NCBI GenBank assembly: GCA_963575745.1
Contig: CAUYUJ010000015.1
Location: 372,001 to 436,000 of the forward strand
From: Prorocentrum cordatum
Taxonomy: Eukaryota
Direction: 5' to 3'
DNA: 64,000 bases
Under the pieces are notes generated by a model. The model was not told the DNA's origin and searched no databases. It saw only the letters and a list, made by a program, of their open reading frames with translations. The position numbers were made by a program, and so were the translations under genes. This document shows positions 10,591 to 21,070 of the stretch, in pieces. Every line of letters begins with the position of its first letter. Position 1 is the first letter of the stretch.

Positions 10591-12336
10591 TTTTGTTTTC
10601 AATCCGTCCCTTCCCAGCGCCGCTTCTTCATGTTGGATCGTTTAGGCCGAACAGAGGAGAGGCGCCAGGATTGAAAAGTCAGTCCGCGGGAGGATCGGGC
10701 CCTCGTCCTCGCGAAGGGCCGTCGAGCGCGGGCTCTGCAGAGCCCTTGCCTGTTTTTGCTTTTCAGGGCGGCGGCCTCCTGGGCCCCCGATGGCCCACGG
10801 GCCGCGCAGCCCAGGGCCTCAGCGGTGGAGGGAGGTTTGGCTTCGAGCGGTGTGCATCGCAGAGCTTGCGCGCTGCTCGGCCATCCTGCCGCCGAGGCTG
10901 CCGCGGCGATCCGGGCGCCCAGCGCGCTGGCGAAGCTCGGCAAGGGGCCTCTGAAGATGCGAACGTCGCGGGCCCATCACCCAAGCTTTTTGTCAAAAGG
11001 CCCATCACCCAGCCCATCACGCCGCGGGCCCAGAACCCCATGATATGTCCATACGCGCATGTGCGGCAAGGACACAGGCAGCGACGTGGGGCTCCAGCGC
11101 AAAACGAGAGAATGGTAGGTGAACGAGGGGAGAGGTGTTCTTCGCTTCTCGCTCCTCCATCCCGCTTCCCCACCACTGACTGAGGCCCTGCAAAGCACCA
11201 TCTGACGCGTTGGCAGGGCGGGCGCATGTCCACTTCGAACAGCTATACGGATGGAGGGCCGCGTGGCTTCTAAGTGTGGCTCGCGCCTTCGGGCCGCTCG
11301 CATTCATCCCAGAGGCCCCTGACCGCTGCGCGGACGGAGGCCGAGTGATTTTCAAAATGCGGTTGCCGCGTAAGCGTGGCGCAGACTGAGTCTTAGAGAT
11401 CGCAGCAGCTACACGGATGGAGGTCAGCATTGTTCACATTCAGGTGTGGGCTTGAGACCTCTTGACTTGGCATCGCTCGGACGTGTGCATCTTTTTCGGC
11501 TGGGGCCATCGAGAAGCATCCTCGACCATCGGGCCAACAAAACACGCACGAAACCGAAAAATGCACAGGGAAGGGACGTCCGAGCGATGGCGAGTTGAGG
11601 ACTGCACAACCCACCCAACCCCGGCCAGAGCCCTTTGGATCACCAGGTCAGGAGTGGGGTTCCCTGCTGGAGGTGCGGGTGGGTCTTGCTTTCCTCACTT
11701 ATTGTGTTTTCTTATGGCAAGAAGCCGATGAGTGTGTAACCGTTACACGGTTGATGCTCGGCTCTTTCCTGGGGCTCTCGCCAGACAGATCTTTGAGCTC
11801 TATGACCCTCCGCTGTTTTTAAGGTATAGAAAGTACGCATGGCGGATCCGACCCCAACACGGGGCTCTCGCGAGGATGGCAGATTCATGGGGCGCCCATC
11901 CTTCAAGGGAGCGCGTCCTGCATCGAAAACGAACTCCTGCAGTGATTACCGAGGGGGGGCTCGGGGGCGAGAGGATGGACTGCACCATCGTTGGTGCATC
12001 TTGGGCTTGCTCGGGTAGTTCCCCCTTCTCCTGCCTCCCCTCCCCGCTCGCGCGAGGGCGACTTCCACAAGCGGGTCATGGCCGCGCGGGTCCGGCAGGG
12101 CCGCTCGCAGATATCCTGCGGCTCCCGAGAGGCACCAGGCAGAAGCGGAGGAGGAGGAGGAGGAGGAGGAGGACGACGACGACAGAGATAGTTTGACGCG
12201 TGTCACCCTTCTGGGGCTTTGTGGGGCCTCTCGCCGTCAAGCCGCATCGAAATTGTGGCCGCAGCCAGCCCCAGCAGAGGTCAGCGACCCAGACCCAGAC
12301 TTCCGGCGACTCGAAGAACTCGCGCCGATTTGTTTA

Positions 12337-12509
12337 CAGTCGACCCGCAGATTAAGGATGGGCAACCTTCCCAAGGGTACCCTTACGTCCTTGCCTCCTG
12401 GGCCCATCCTTGCACACTTTCGTTGGCCGCGCCCCGCTCGAAACGCTTCGAAATGGGCGTCCAAGGCCCTTGCATCCTTATCGCGCATCCTTACTCTGCG
12501 GGTTGACTG
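12337..12509. mobile_element. MITE with ~24-bp TIRs and TA TSD (Tc1/mariner-pogo-like), copy 1
   Basis: TA|CAGTCGACCCGCAGATTAAGGATG...CATCCTTACTCTGCGGGTTGACTG|TA. Confidence 0.88.
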
Positions 12510-14944
12510 TAATTGTTTCACGTCTCGGGACGGTTTCGGGGACCGACCCCCCATCAATAGAGACATTCGGCTTGACAAGCCAGTCCCATGCAGGGGTCGC
12601 CAGGTGCCGGCGACTCGAAAAAGACAGGTCGGCAAGGGTGCAGGGAGGCTGGAAGCAGGAGAGGCGCCCGGGCTCGGTTGTGTCAGCTGTTCCGGGCCTC
12701 GGGTTCTGCTTTTGTGGGGGCCGGCCGGGGAAGCCCTGGGAAAGGGCACTCCCTCCCTCTAACTTCTCGGTGCTCCTGGCCGCTTCTGCTTTCTGGGGGG
12801 GGGGGGGGGCCCCCGCGCGCGCCCCCCCGAATGGCGCGGCGAGATCTCTGCGTTGCCGCCCGCTTGTGTTACGCCGTGGTTTGGGGGCTCCCGCAGTTGA
12901 TGGGGCTGGTGCACAGTCGGACCGAGGTATAAGATCGAGGTCGGTTCGGGGAGGGTACCCTAGTGTTCTTCTTGTTCGTTGGAGGTCCTTGTGCACCCTG
13001 GGAAGGGTACCCTTGGATGCTCTGTGTGTTTTGTCCGGCGGAGGGTCTCATGTTCTTGAGAGACGTTCTTCTGTCCTGGGTCCGACTGTACATGATGCGC
13101 CGCTGACGGCACCACCACCAGCTCTTTGCCTCCGGGTACTTCGCCTCCGGGTTCCTGTTCAAGGCGTTCCTTTTGCATGCTCTTCGCTCTCGGCACCGCC
13201 TGATCCCGGGGCTTTGCCCTCTCCTGGCCTTGACGTGAGGTCCTTCCGTCTGTTTTCCTTCCTCTGTTAATCAAAGCTGTGCGCGGCCCGCTTAGCTTCG
13301 ACCGGAAGAGGCTCGCTCTCGACCCGCGGATCAAAAAAGTGTTATGCCTTGGATGGGGGGCCACGCTTTGTGTTTTTCCGTCGACCTCTTGTTTCTTAGC
13401 CTCCCCCACGCTGCCGGCGCCTCTGCCAAAGTCTTTGTGGTTGTTCGCAGTGGGCCAGCCTCAGTGTCTGTCGTTCGTGGCCTCGCTGCGTCAGATTCCT
13501 AGTGTTTTTGTTTCGTCGGCCGATCCATTGATACCAGTTGTTTGGGCCGCCCACGCCCCTCCCAGGCCACCGCCGAAATCAATATCTTTTTTCGCTGCGG
13601 GCCAGCGTTTTACGTCGCCATGTCTGGGCCCGACCGCAGGCGGCTTGCCGCCTCCGTCGGCGCGGCGTTGTGTTCGGGCAGGCTGGGGGCCTCGCAGGAG
13701 CATGGCGGGCGCGCTGTTTTATTTTCCTCGGGGCTAGGGCCCGCTTCTGTTCTTTATTTTGCGCGGGCGCAGGCCGATGCCATTTTACCTACTCTAACCT
13801 CTTTGTCGGCTATGATTCCAGCCTCTTACGTTTCCAGCCTCCCTGTATAGAGACGAGGCGGTCTGAGCATGAGGAGGAGAAGGCGCAGGAGGACTCCTTT
13901 TGCACCTCCTCCTCCTCCTCCTCCTCCTCCTCCTCCTCCTCCTGCTCCTCCTCCTCCTCCTGCTCCTCCTCCTGTCAAGGTTTTGAACGATACAGGCCGA
14001 CTGGCGGTTCGGTACTGAAGTGGTGTTCCTGAGGATGAACGCCCACCGAAACGAGGCAGCGGACAGCAACAGCGGCAGCAAGAAGTGGCTGCAGTAGCGA
14101 CAGGGTGCCCACCTCTTCGCGTTGGACACGGCCTGACAGGCTTTTCCTGTCTGCTCCCGGGCCGTCTTGAGTGTGTATTCGGGCCGTCTGGGGGCCGTGC
14201 TGGGGGCATCTTGGGACCGTCTCAGGGCCCTCCTGGGCCATCCTGTGGCTCTCTGGGCCGTCTTCGGGTTCTCCCTGGGCCATCTCGGGGCCCTCTTGGG
14301 CCGTCTCGGGGCCCAGCGGGGGTGCGGCTGCCGCAGGTGCCCCACCGTGCATCGCATGCCGCTGGAAGCCGGGGCCGAAGTCCACGACATAGACACCCAT
14401 GAGAGAACCGTCCAGACGGACATGTCCGAAGAACAGGGCAATTGCGCGCAGCAAGTGCGAGATTGTCGTTTGCTGTCGCAGGGTTGCGGCAGCCTTCGGC
14501 AGGGGAGTGCCAACCAGTCGTGCCGACCGTGCACGTTCCGAACGAGCACCCCTGCGCGGGGGGTTCGCCGCGCCAGCGCAGAGCGGTTATCATGTCGAGT
14601 GCATCGCTGGGGTAATCGACAGCGGAGACGATGTGGCGCACGAGAACGTTTTTTGTCAGCGGGCACAAGCGAGCCGAAGCAGGTGCAGGCGCCGATCGGG
14701 CAACGGGCGGGGCTCGCCAGGAGCGAATTGGGCACGAAAGGACGCGGGGAGAGGGGCAAGAGCCTCTCAGAACGTGAAGTGCATCGCGGGCATACCGAGG
14801 AAGTGCACGAGCGGGGCGCACGAAAACAAGAGGGCAGATCGTTATTGAGGGCGGGTGTTTGAGGCCGCGGCGGGGCTATCTTGGAGACATTGTGGGTTGT
14901 CTCTGCGGGCTCATGCGGGTCACCTTCGGCGTCTGCTGAGGCTG

Positions 14945-14946
<2 letters not shown>

Positions 14947-14993
<47 letters not shown>

Positions 14994-15036
14994 TTATATA
15001 TGTGTGTACACATATACATATACAAATATATGTATC
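14947..15036. repeat. (TA)n microsatellite
   Basis: Read directly from the sequence. Confidence 0.95.
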
Positions 15037-15197
15037 CTGTACGATTTGAGAGGATCTGGAGAGTCTGAGAGTCGTCGTGTGCATAGTCAGGCCATCTTGG
15101 AAGCCGTCTTGGGCAGTTTTGTTTCTGGCGTCTCTCGGGACCGTCCGGGGGCCGTCTTGCGGGCCCTCTTAGGACCTTTTGGGGTCAGATTGTGGTA

Positions 15198-15369
15198 CAG
15201 TCAACCCGCATAGTAAGAATGGGCAACCTTCCCAAGGGTACCCTTAACATCCTTGCCTCCTCGGCCCATCTGCACACTTTCGTTGGCCGCGCCCCGCTCG
15301 GAAAGCTTCGAAATGGGCGTCCGAGGCCCTTGCATCCTTATCGTGCGTCCTTACTGTGCGGGTTGACTG
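15198..15369. mobile_element. MITE, copy 2
   Basis: TA|CAGTCAACCCGCATAGTAAGAATG...CGTCCTTACTGTGCGGGTTGACTG|TA; colinear with copy 1. Confidence 0.88.
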
Positions 15370-15466
15370 TATCTGTCGTGTTGGGGTAATTTGGGGGGCC
15401 GCCTGGGTGGCCTGCTGCTCCCCGCCCTGCTCTTGCTCGTGCTCCTGCTGTTGCTCTTGCTCCTCC

Positions 15467-15545
15467 TTCGACTACTTCAGTAAGGGTTTGCTTGGAAGAG
15501 AGTTGCAGAGTGCGCCGCCCTGCCGCAACCGCGGGGCTCAAGCTT
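15467..15545 (+). repeat. Terminal repeat A1 (79 bp)
   Basis: Identical to 21998-22076. Confidence 0.95.
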
Positions 15546-15579
15546 TCACGGGCGGGCGCACGCTTCTCGCGCGCGTCGC

Positions 15580-16056
15580 ATGCCCGACCTGCCGGTGGCT
15601 GTCGCGCACTGGGCAGGTCAGGCCACTTTCGCCTGGCTTGGATCCTGCCCGAGGTGCCCCGAGTCTGTCTGCGGCTCCCTCGTGTGCGGAGAGGTGCACT
15701 GCCCCCCGGCGCCAGCGTGCCCGCAGTGCCCCGCGTGCCCAGGCTGCCCCGGGGCCCCCGAGCCAGCCTGCACCACCCCTGCGGCAGCGCCGCCGTGGCT
15801 CCCTGGCTGGCTCGCGTCCGCTGGACTCCTGCTGCTGGGCGCGGCCGGAGGAGCTGTGGTGCCTGCCCTCGCGCTGGGCACCTGGCAGGTGTTGCGCTGG
15901 CTGACGGCTCAGTGTCCCCGCCGCGGGACTGATGGCGGCGGCGATGCCCCCACCGATACTACGACCCTGGCTGTGGCTCCGGTACCAGGGCGAGGCGCTG
16001 TACCACCAGCGGCGCGTTGTCGGGGTGCTGGCCTCCTCGGCGACTCAAGTGACTGA
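15580..16056 (+). CDS. ORF0: 158-aa Cys/Pro-rich protein with a predicted transmembrane segment
   Basis: First ATG after A1; CPRC..CPQCPACPGCP followed by WLPGWLASAGLLLLGAAGGAVVPALALGTW; overlaps the gag-like ORF. Confidence 0.6.
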   Translation: MPDLPVAVAHWAGQATFAWLGSCPRCPESVCGSLVCGEVHCPPAPACPQCPACPGCPGAPEPACTTPAAAPPWLPGWLASAGLLLLGAAGGAVVPALALGTWQVLRWLTAQCPRRGTDGGGDAPTDTTTLAVAPVPGRGAVPPAARCRGAGLLGDSSD

Positions 16057-17497
16057 CGCCGACGAGGTCATCGGCGTCTCGCCGGATGGCGACCCCGAGC
16101 AAATCGACCTCTCCGGGGCCTCGCGGGACATCGAGGCCTGGCGCTGGTCGGAGGTCTTCCGTCCTCCCCCGCCTGGTATCCCGCGAGGTCAGGTGTACCG
16201 CTTCCAGCAGGAGCCCGACGCCGCCGCCCTCGCCACGATGCGCGCGGACGCCGAGGCGTTCTGCGACGCCGCCTTCCTCGCTCGCGAGCGGGCGGCAGGG
16301 CAGCCAGCGGTGCTCCCGGCGACGGGCAGCCTGGTCGACGCCGTGTGGCCCGCGCCCGCGGCGCCAGCCGCGGCCGCCGCTGCGGCCCCCGCAGCCCCCG
16401 GGCTGCCGCTGGCGCTCCCTGGGATGGCGCCCCCCCCGGGCCCTCCGGCCCTGGGCGCCCCCGCCGCGGCCGCCGCCCCGCTGGCCCTGCTCGGAGCACC
16501 CCCAGCCGCGCTGCCTGGCGCTGCTCCACCGGGGGCGGTGGTGGCGGCCCCGCTGGCCGCCGCGGCGCCTGGAGCCGCCGCCCCGGCCGCATTCCCCGCA
16601 GCCATGGCTGCTGGCGCCCCTGCAGCTGGGGCCCCGCTGGCCGCAGGACTGGGCATGGTGGCAGCGGCACCCTACCCGGTGATGGTCACGGTTGAGACGA
16701 CGACGTACGGCCCGCGTGGGACTCCTGTGGCTCCGAACGGCACGGAGGTCATGTCTGGCGACGTCGGCATCCACACGGCTCCTGGCTATGGTGGCTGGTT
16801 GGTTCGTACGATTCGCTCCGACCAGGTGCAGGATTTCAAGGGCCTCGAGGCAGCGGGTGACGCCCGCCTCCTCAGCGTGATCGCGGTGAATGGTCAACGC
16901 TCCCGTCGAGCCTGGCGTGACGTGGCCAGCTCGCTATCCGAGATCGCCTTCCCCGACTGGGCGATAGAGGGCCCCCGCGCCACCCTTTGGTGCTGCCGAT
17001 GGATCGACCGTCGGGGCGGGGGCCCTCTCGACCACCACCGCTTCTTCGTGATGGTCCACCGCCTCCACAAGGACAGCTGGGGTGTCCCGATGCACGAGTT
17101 CGGGATGAAGGCCCTCGAGACCCTCGGCGCCTACGACTCGCTCGACCTGCCGAAAGTCGCGGGGATCGAGTCGCTGATGCGCGAAGTGCAGCTGGTCGAG
17201 TATGCGTATGCCAAGCACGACGGGTTTGCTGGGGCCAGCACCGAGGTGGCCGACGGCGACCTGAATGCCAAGAAGAAGGGCCGTGGCCGTGGCCGCGGAC
17301 GAGGAGGCGCCGCGGGCGCCTTCGGCTACCTGGACGAGCACACCGCCTTCCGGGGGCAGCGTGAGACGGGAGACGCCATGGTGTGTCCCGCCCTGGTCGA
17401 GTGGGTTGGCAAGCAAGTCGAACGCGATGCCAACATTTTAAAGCAGGTCCGAAAAGCGCGAGAAGAGCGGGCTGATGCGGGCCATGGTCCAAATTAG
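15932..17497 (+). CDS. gag-like ORF1 (521 aa)
   Basis: Long ORF with GC3-biased codons at the gag position; folded-looking N and C domains separated by an Ala/Pro linker. Assigned by position. Confidence 0.75.
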   Translation: MAAAMPPPILRPWLWLRYQGEALYHQRRVVGVLASSATQVTDADEVIGVSPDGDPEQIDLSGASRDIEAWRWSEVFRPPPPGIPRGQVYRFQQEPDAAALATMRADAEAFCDAAFLARERAAGQPAVLPATGSLVDAVWPAPAAPAAAAAAAPAAPGLPLALPGMAPPPGPPALGAPAAAAAPLALLGAPPAALPGAAPPGAVVAAPLAAAAPGAAAPAAFPAAMAAGAPAAGAPLAAGLGMVAAAPYPVMVTVETTTYGPRGTPVAPNGTEVMSGDVGIHTAPGYGGWLVRTIRSDQVQDFKGLEAAGDARLLSVIAVNGQRSRRAWRDVASSLSEIAFPDWAIEGPRATLWCCRWIDRRGGGPLDHHRFFVMVHRLHKDSWGVPMHEFGMKALETLGAYDSLDLPKVAGIESLMREVQLVEYAYAKHDGFAGASTEVADGDLNAKKKGRGRGRGRGGAAGAFGYLDEHTAFRGQRETGDAMVCPALVEWVGKQVERDANILKQVRKAREERADAGHGPN

Positions 17498-20474
17498 TTT
17501 TGGACGCACGGCGGTCGCTCCCCCTGGCGCCCGCTGTTCGCATTCTGTGGGGCTGGGCGCGCCGTGGCAGGCGCGCTTCGATTTTCTGCCAGCAGAGGCG
17601 CAGGGCCGCGCCATCATCTTCCCCTTCCTCCTGTCCTCCTCGTGCTCTGGCCATCGCGTGGCGCCTGGTCCCATGTCGAGAGCGTGCCCTCGTGATATTT
17701 TTCCCCTGCCTGTGCCGGCCTCCTCTGACCCCCCTAGGACCTCTGTCTCGCGCAAAGTTCGGAGGAGATTCGAGGTCCACCGTCAGTCAGCATCCTTGGT
17801 CTCCGAGGTGGCTTCGGTCTTGAATCAGTTACACGGTCAACACGGTTCGGACAGCGGTCAAACAGTATCGGCGGCCCAGAAGGCGTGTTTGGAGCATATC
17901 CACCGTGCGGCTCTACGATTTGGCAAGCCCCCGGCGGACCTCACCTCTGCAGGGGCCTTACGAGAGCTCCGCGTTAACCCAGGCTACTCCGTGACGAGCA
18001 GCCCCGTGGTTCTCATCAGCGAGGCCAATATCAACAGAGTTGCCCTTCCTCCTGTCGGGTGGTCACCTGCTGGAATTTTGCAGCTGGGCGGCTCCGTCGG
18101 CGAAGCCATAGTTGATGAGCTGCATGCGCTACGGCGTCCTGACCCAGCACTTGCAGATACTTCTACACCTCCTCCCAGAATTTACCACGATCCTCATCTC
18201 CGTTCTCATCCTCGGCTTTATGCGCGCTTCCTGCTTCGCCTGAGTCAGTCTAACCTTGTGACGTGGAGGCGAGAGTGTACATCCTGCGTGGGAGTCTTCT
18301 TTGCGGCTAAAAAGAACGGTGACCTTCGTTTGATCCTCGACGGGCGTCAGGCAGGCGAGCATTTCGATGAGCCCCCTCACGTTGACCTAGCTACTGGGTC
18401 GGCGTTCTCGGCCTTGGAGGTTGACGGTGGGGGGCCTATCTATGTTGGGGAGACGGACATTGAGAATGCCTTCTATGGGATTCAGCTACCTCCGGAGTTC
18501 TGGCAGTTTTTCGGGCTACCTCGAGTACGAGCTGGGGTCCTAGGTATCACTACCGACAGCGCTGGAGGCCCCTTGAGGGCCAGCGACTGGGTTACCCCGT
18601 GCTTTACCGCCGTCCCAATGGGATGGAAACACAGTCTCTGGATCTGTCAGCGTATCATGGAGTTCCGGGCCCGCACCAACACGTTGGCCTCCCCCAGTCT
18701 GGCTTTTGACGATGCGCACCTTCCTGTCCGTCTGGTTCGATCTTCCACGCAGGTATTACATACAGAGTACGTTGACAACTTCGTTGCCCTTGGCCTCTCG
18801 AAGGACCCCACGTATGCCGTGACTGACTCCGTCGATCGCAGTCTCCGAGACGCTGGGTTTCGCACCCGCGGTCCGACGGTGTCGGCTGGAGGGGGTGTTC
18901 TCGGTTGGACCTTCGACCAGGACGCCCCGACGATCGGGATCAGTCACCGCATAGGCTGGCGAATACGACTAGGGTGTCTGGCTGTCGCGGACATGAAGTA
19001 CGCCTCGGGGGATCTTGTCAGGGTCGTCGTGTCACACTTCACGTCTCGGGCTCTGCTGCGCCGTGAATTACTCTCATGTCTGCAGGCTTCGTATTCTTTC
19101 ATCGAGTCGTCCGGCCACCACACGCGTGTTCTCTGGAGCTCAGTCAAACGGGAGCTTCGTTGGTGTGCCGCGCTGATCGCACTCGCTTTCCGCGACGTCA
19201 ATGCCGCCTGGTCCCCCATGGTCTACTGCACCGACGCGTCCTGGTGGGGCGCAGGGGTCGTCAGGGGCATCCGCAGCGTCCAGGAAGTCCAGCACGTGGG
19301 CCACTATACGGAGCGCTTGCGTTACTCAGCGGCCCACGAGGCCATCCTCAAGCCACGGGACTCGGCTCTGAAGTGTTCGGTCAGCGGCGGGGTCACCGCC
19401 TCCCCCCAGGACTCCGAGATCCCGAAGGCCCCCTTCCCCGAGGTCCCAGAGTCGGTCTACGGCGGCGACTGGTCCCTCGTTATGTCCCAGAAGTGGTCCC
19501 GCAAGGAGGCCCAGGTTGTCTTGGAGGCTCGGTCGCTCGTGCTCACCGTGAAGAACATAGTTCGGAACACTCAGAACTTCGGTTGCAAGCACCTGGTCTT
19601 GAACGATTGCATGGCTCCCATTCTTGCGTTTACCAAGGGACGATCGTCGAGCCCTGGGGTCATACAGTGCTGCCGTCAGACGGCTGCCATGTTGCTGGCC
19701 TCTAACTCGTATATCGCCTGGAGATGGGCCCCATCAGAATCCAACGCAGCCGATGCCGCTTCTCGAGGTCGGGCAGGAGCTTTCCGATTCAATGCTGCGC
19801 CGAATCCAGTTGCAGCACTCGGGCCCGCGGGGCTCGAGGTCCTCCGAGATGGCTTCCTCGGCGACAGCCGTGACGGCGGGCCCGCAGCTGGTGCCGTGCC
19901 CCCTGGGCGCCCACGCCGGGGGCCTGCCCCGTGCGGAGGTGGCGCCCAACCTCCCGGCGCCCTCCTCGCGGCGCCCATGCCGCGAGCGGGTGCCCCACGG
20001 CCCCGGCGCTCAGGAGGCGAGGGCCGCCAAGCGGGCGAGGGCCATCCCCGCTGCCGCAGAGGCCCCACCGCCGCCAGGCGCCCCGACCTTCCTCGAGCTG
20101 CAGAGCGTCTCGCCGAAGGCCGCCCAGGACTACCAGACGTACGCGACGGCGTTCTACCAGTGGGGCCAGGAGCGCCACCTGCTCAGCGACATCGCGACCT
20201 CGCTGAGGTCGGCGCCGGCGATCGACCTAGCCCTCGTGACGTACATGCACGAGAAGTTCTTCGCAGGCGAGCTCTCCTACGTGCCGACGAAGCTGATCGC
20301 GGGTCTCCGCTACTTCTGGACATACCCCAACGGTGCGCCCCTCGAGCTGCCCCGCAGCTTTCGCGCCTTGACGGGCTGGAAGCGCATGGTGCCCGCCCAG
20401 AGCCGCCTGCCGTACCCCTGGGTCGCCCTGTGCCTGCGCGCGCAACACATGATTGCCGCGGGCGGGCCAGGTGA
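17475..20474 (+). CDS. Pol: reverse transcriptase plus RNase H (currently ends just after the 4-bp duplication)
   Basis: RT motifs LRLILDGR, DIENAFY, PMGW, YVDN; RNase H motifs TDAS, LEARS, LNDC, WAPSESNAADAASR. Alternative start at ATG 17673. Confidence 0.92.
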   Translation: MRAMVQISFGRTAVAPPGARCSHSVGLGAPWQARFDFLPAEAQGRAIIFPFLLSSSCSGHRVAPGPMSRACPRDIFPLPVPASSDPPRTSVSRKVRRRFEVHRQSASLVSEVASVLNQLHGQHGSDSGQTVSAAQKACLEHIHRAALRFGKPPADLTSAGALRELRVNPGYSVTSSPVVLISEANINRVALPPVGWSPAGILQLGGSVGEAIVDELHALRRPDPALADTSTPPPRIYHDPHLRSHPRLYARFLLRLSQSNLVTWRRECTSCVGVFFAAKKNGDLRLILDGRQAGEHFDEPPHVDLATGSAFSALEVDGGGPIYVGETDIENAFYGIQLPPEFWQFFGLPRVRAGVLGITTDSAGGPLRASDWVTPCFTAVPMGWKHSLWICQRIMEFRARTNTLASPSLAFDDAHLPVRLVRSSTQVLHTEYVDNFVALGLSKDPTYAVTDSVDRSLRDAGFRTRGPTVSAGGGVLGWTFDQDAPTIGISHRIGWRIRLGCLAVADMKYASGDLVRVVVSHFTSRALLRRELLSCLQASYSFIESSGHHTRVLWSSVKRELRWCAALIALAFRDVNAAWSPMVYCTDASWWGAGVVRGIRSVQEVQHVGHYTERLRYSAAHEAILKPRDSALKCSVSGGVTASPQDSEIPKAPFPEVPESVYGGDWSLVMSQKWSRKEAQVVLEARSLVLTVKNIVRNTQNFGCKHLVLNDCMAPILAFTKGRSSSPGVIQCCRQTAAMLLASNSYIAWRWAPSESNAADAASRGRAGAFRFNAAPNPVAALGPAGLEVLRDGFLGDSRDGGPAAGAVPPGRPRRGPAPCGGGAQPPGALLAAPMPRAGAPRPRRSGGEGRQAGEGHPRCRRGPTAARRPDLPRAAERLAEGRPGLPDVRDGVLPVGPGAPPAQRHRDLAEVGAGDRPSPRDVHAREVLRRRALLRADEADRGSPLLLDIPQRCAPRAAPQLSRLDGLEAHGARPEPPAVPLGRPVPARATHDCRGRAR

Positions 20475-21070
20475 TGGAGGCATTGGCCAGCATCATCACC
20501 TTCACGTTCTACCTGCGCCCCAGCGAGTGCCTGCGTCTGCAGGGGAAGCTGATCACAGCTCCTGCCCAGGCGCCTCGCCGTGTGCAGGACGGCCAGGGCC
20601 AGATGCGGCCCCTCCTCCTGCACCCGCAAGAGGGCGGCGCCACGTCCAAGACGGGCCGCGTGGACGAGAGCCTGCTAGCGGACAACCCCCTGTTCCCGTG
20701 GTTGCCGCAGGTGCTGGGCCTCCCGAAGGCCAAGTTCCCCCACTCGCTGGTCTTCAACTTCGGCCAGGCGCAGTGGGGCCGGGCCTTGAAGGGCGCGGCG
20801 TCCGCTTGCGGGCTCACTGCCCTGGGCGACCCGTGTCTGCACCGCCTCCGCCACGGAGGGGTGTCGCACGACCTCCTCTTCAAGGCTCGCACTCTCCTGA
20901 GCGCCAAGAAGCGCGGCCGCTGGGCCAGCGACCGCAGCCTGGCCCGCTACGAGCGGGGCGGGCGCATCAACGAGCAGCTGAGCCTCTTGTCCCAGGACAT
21001 CCTCATCGCCGCCGACCTGGCGGCCTCGAACATTGGCGTAACCCTCGTGAATGCCTTCCGCTCTTTGTGA
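19849..21070 (+). pseudogene. Tyrosine recombinase, frameshifted by a GCGG duplication at 20458-20465 (405 aa when repaired)
   Basis: N part FLELQSVS..DY..F..LPRSFRALTGWKR; C part YLRPSE (R), SKT (K), HRLRHGG (HxxR), GRW, RYER (Y). Confidence 0.9.

Noticed and set aside
10600..14860. Possible decayed coding fragments (also 23200-23530, 28000-28480, 38200-38610, 42900-43500, 44450-44700)
   Set aside because: Complex sequence, but no motif I could recognise with confidence.
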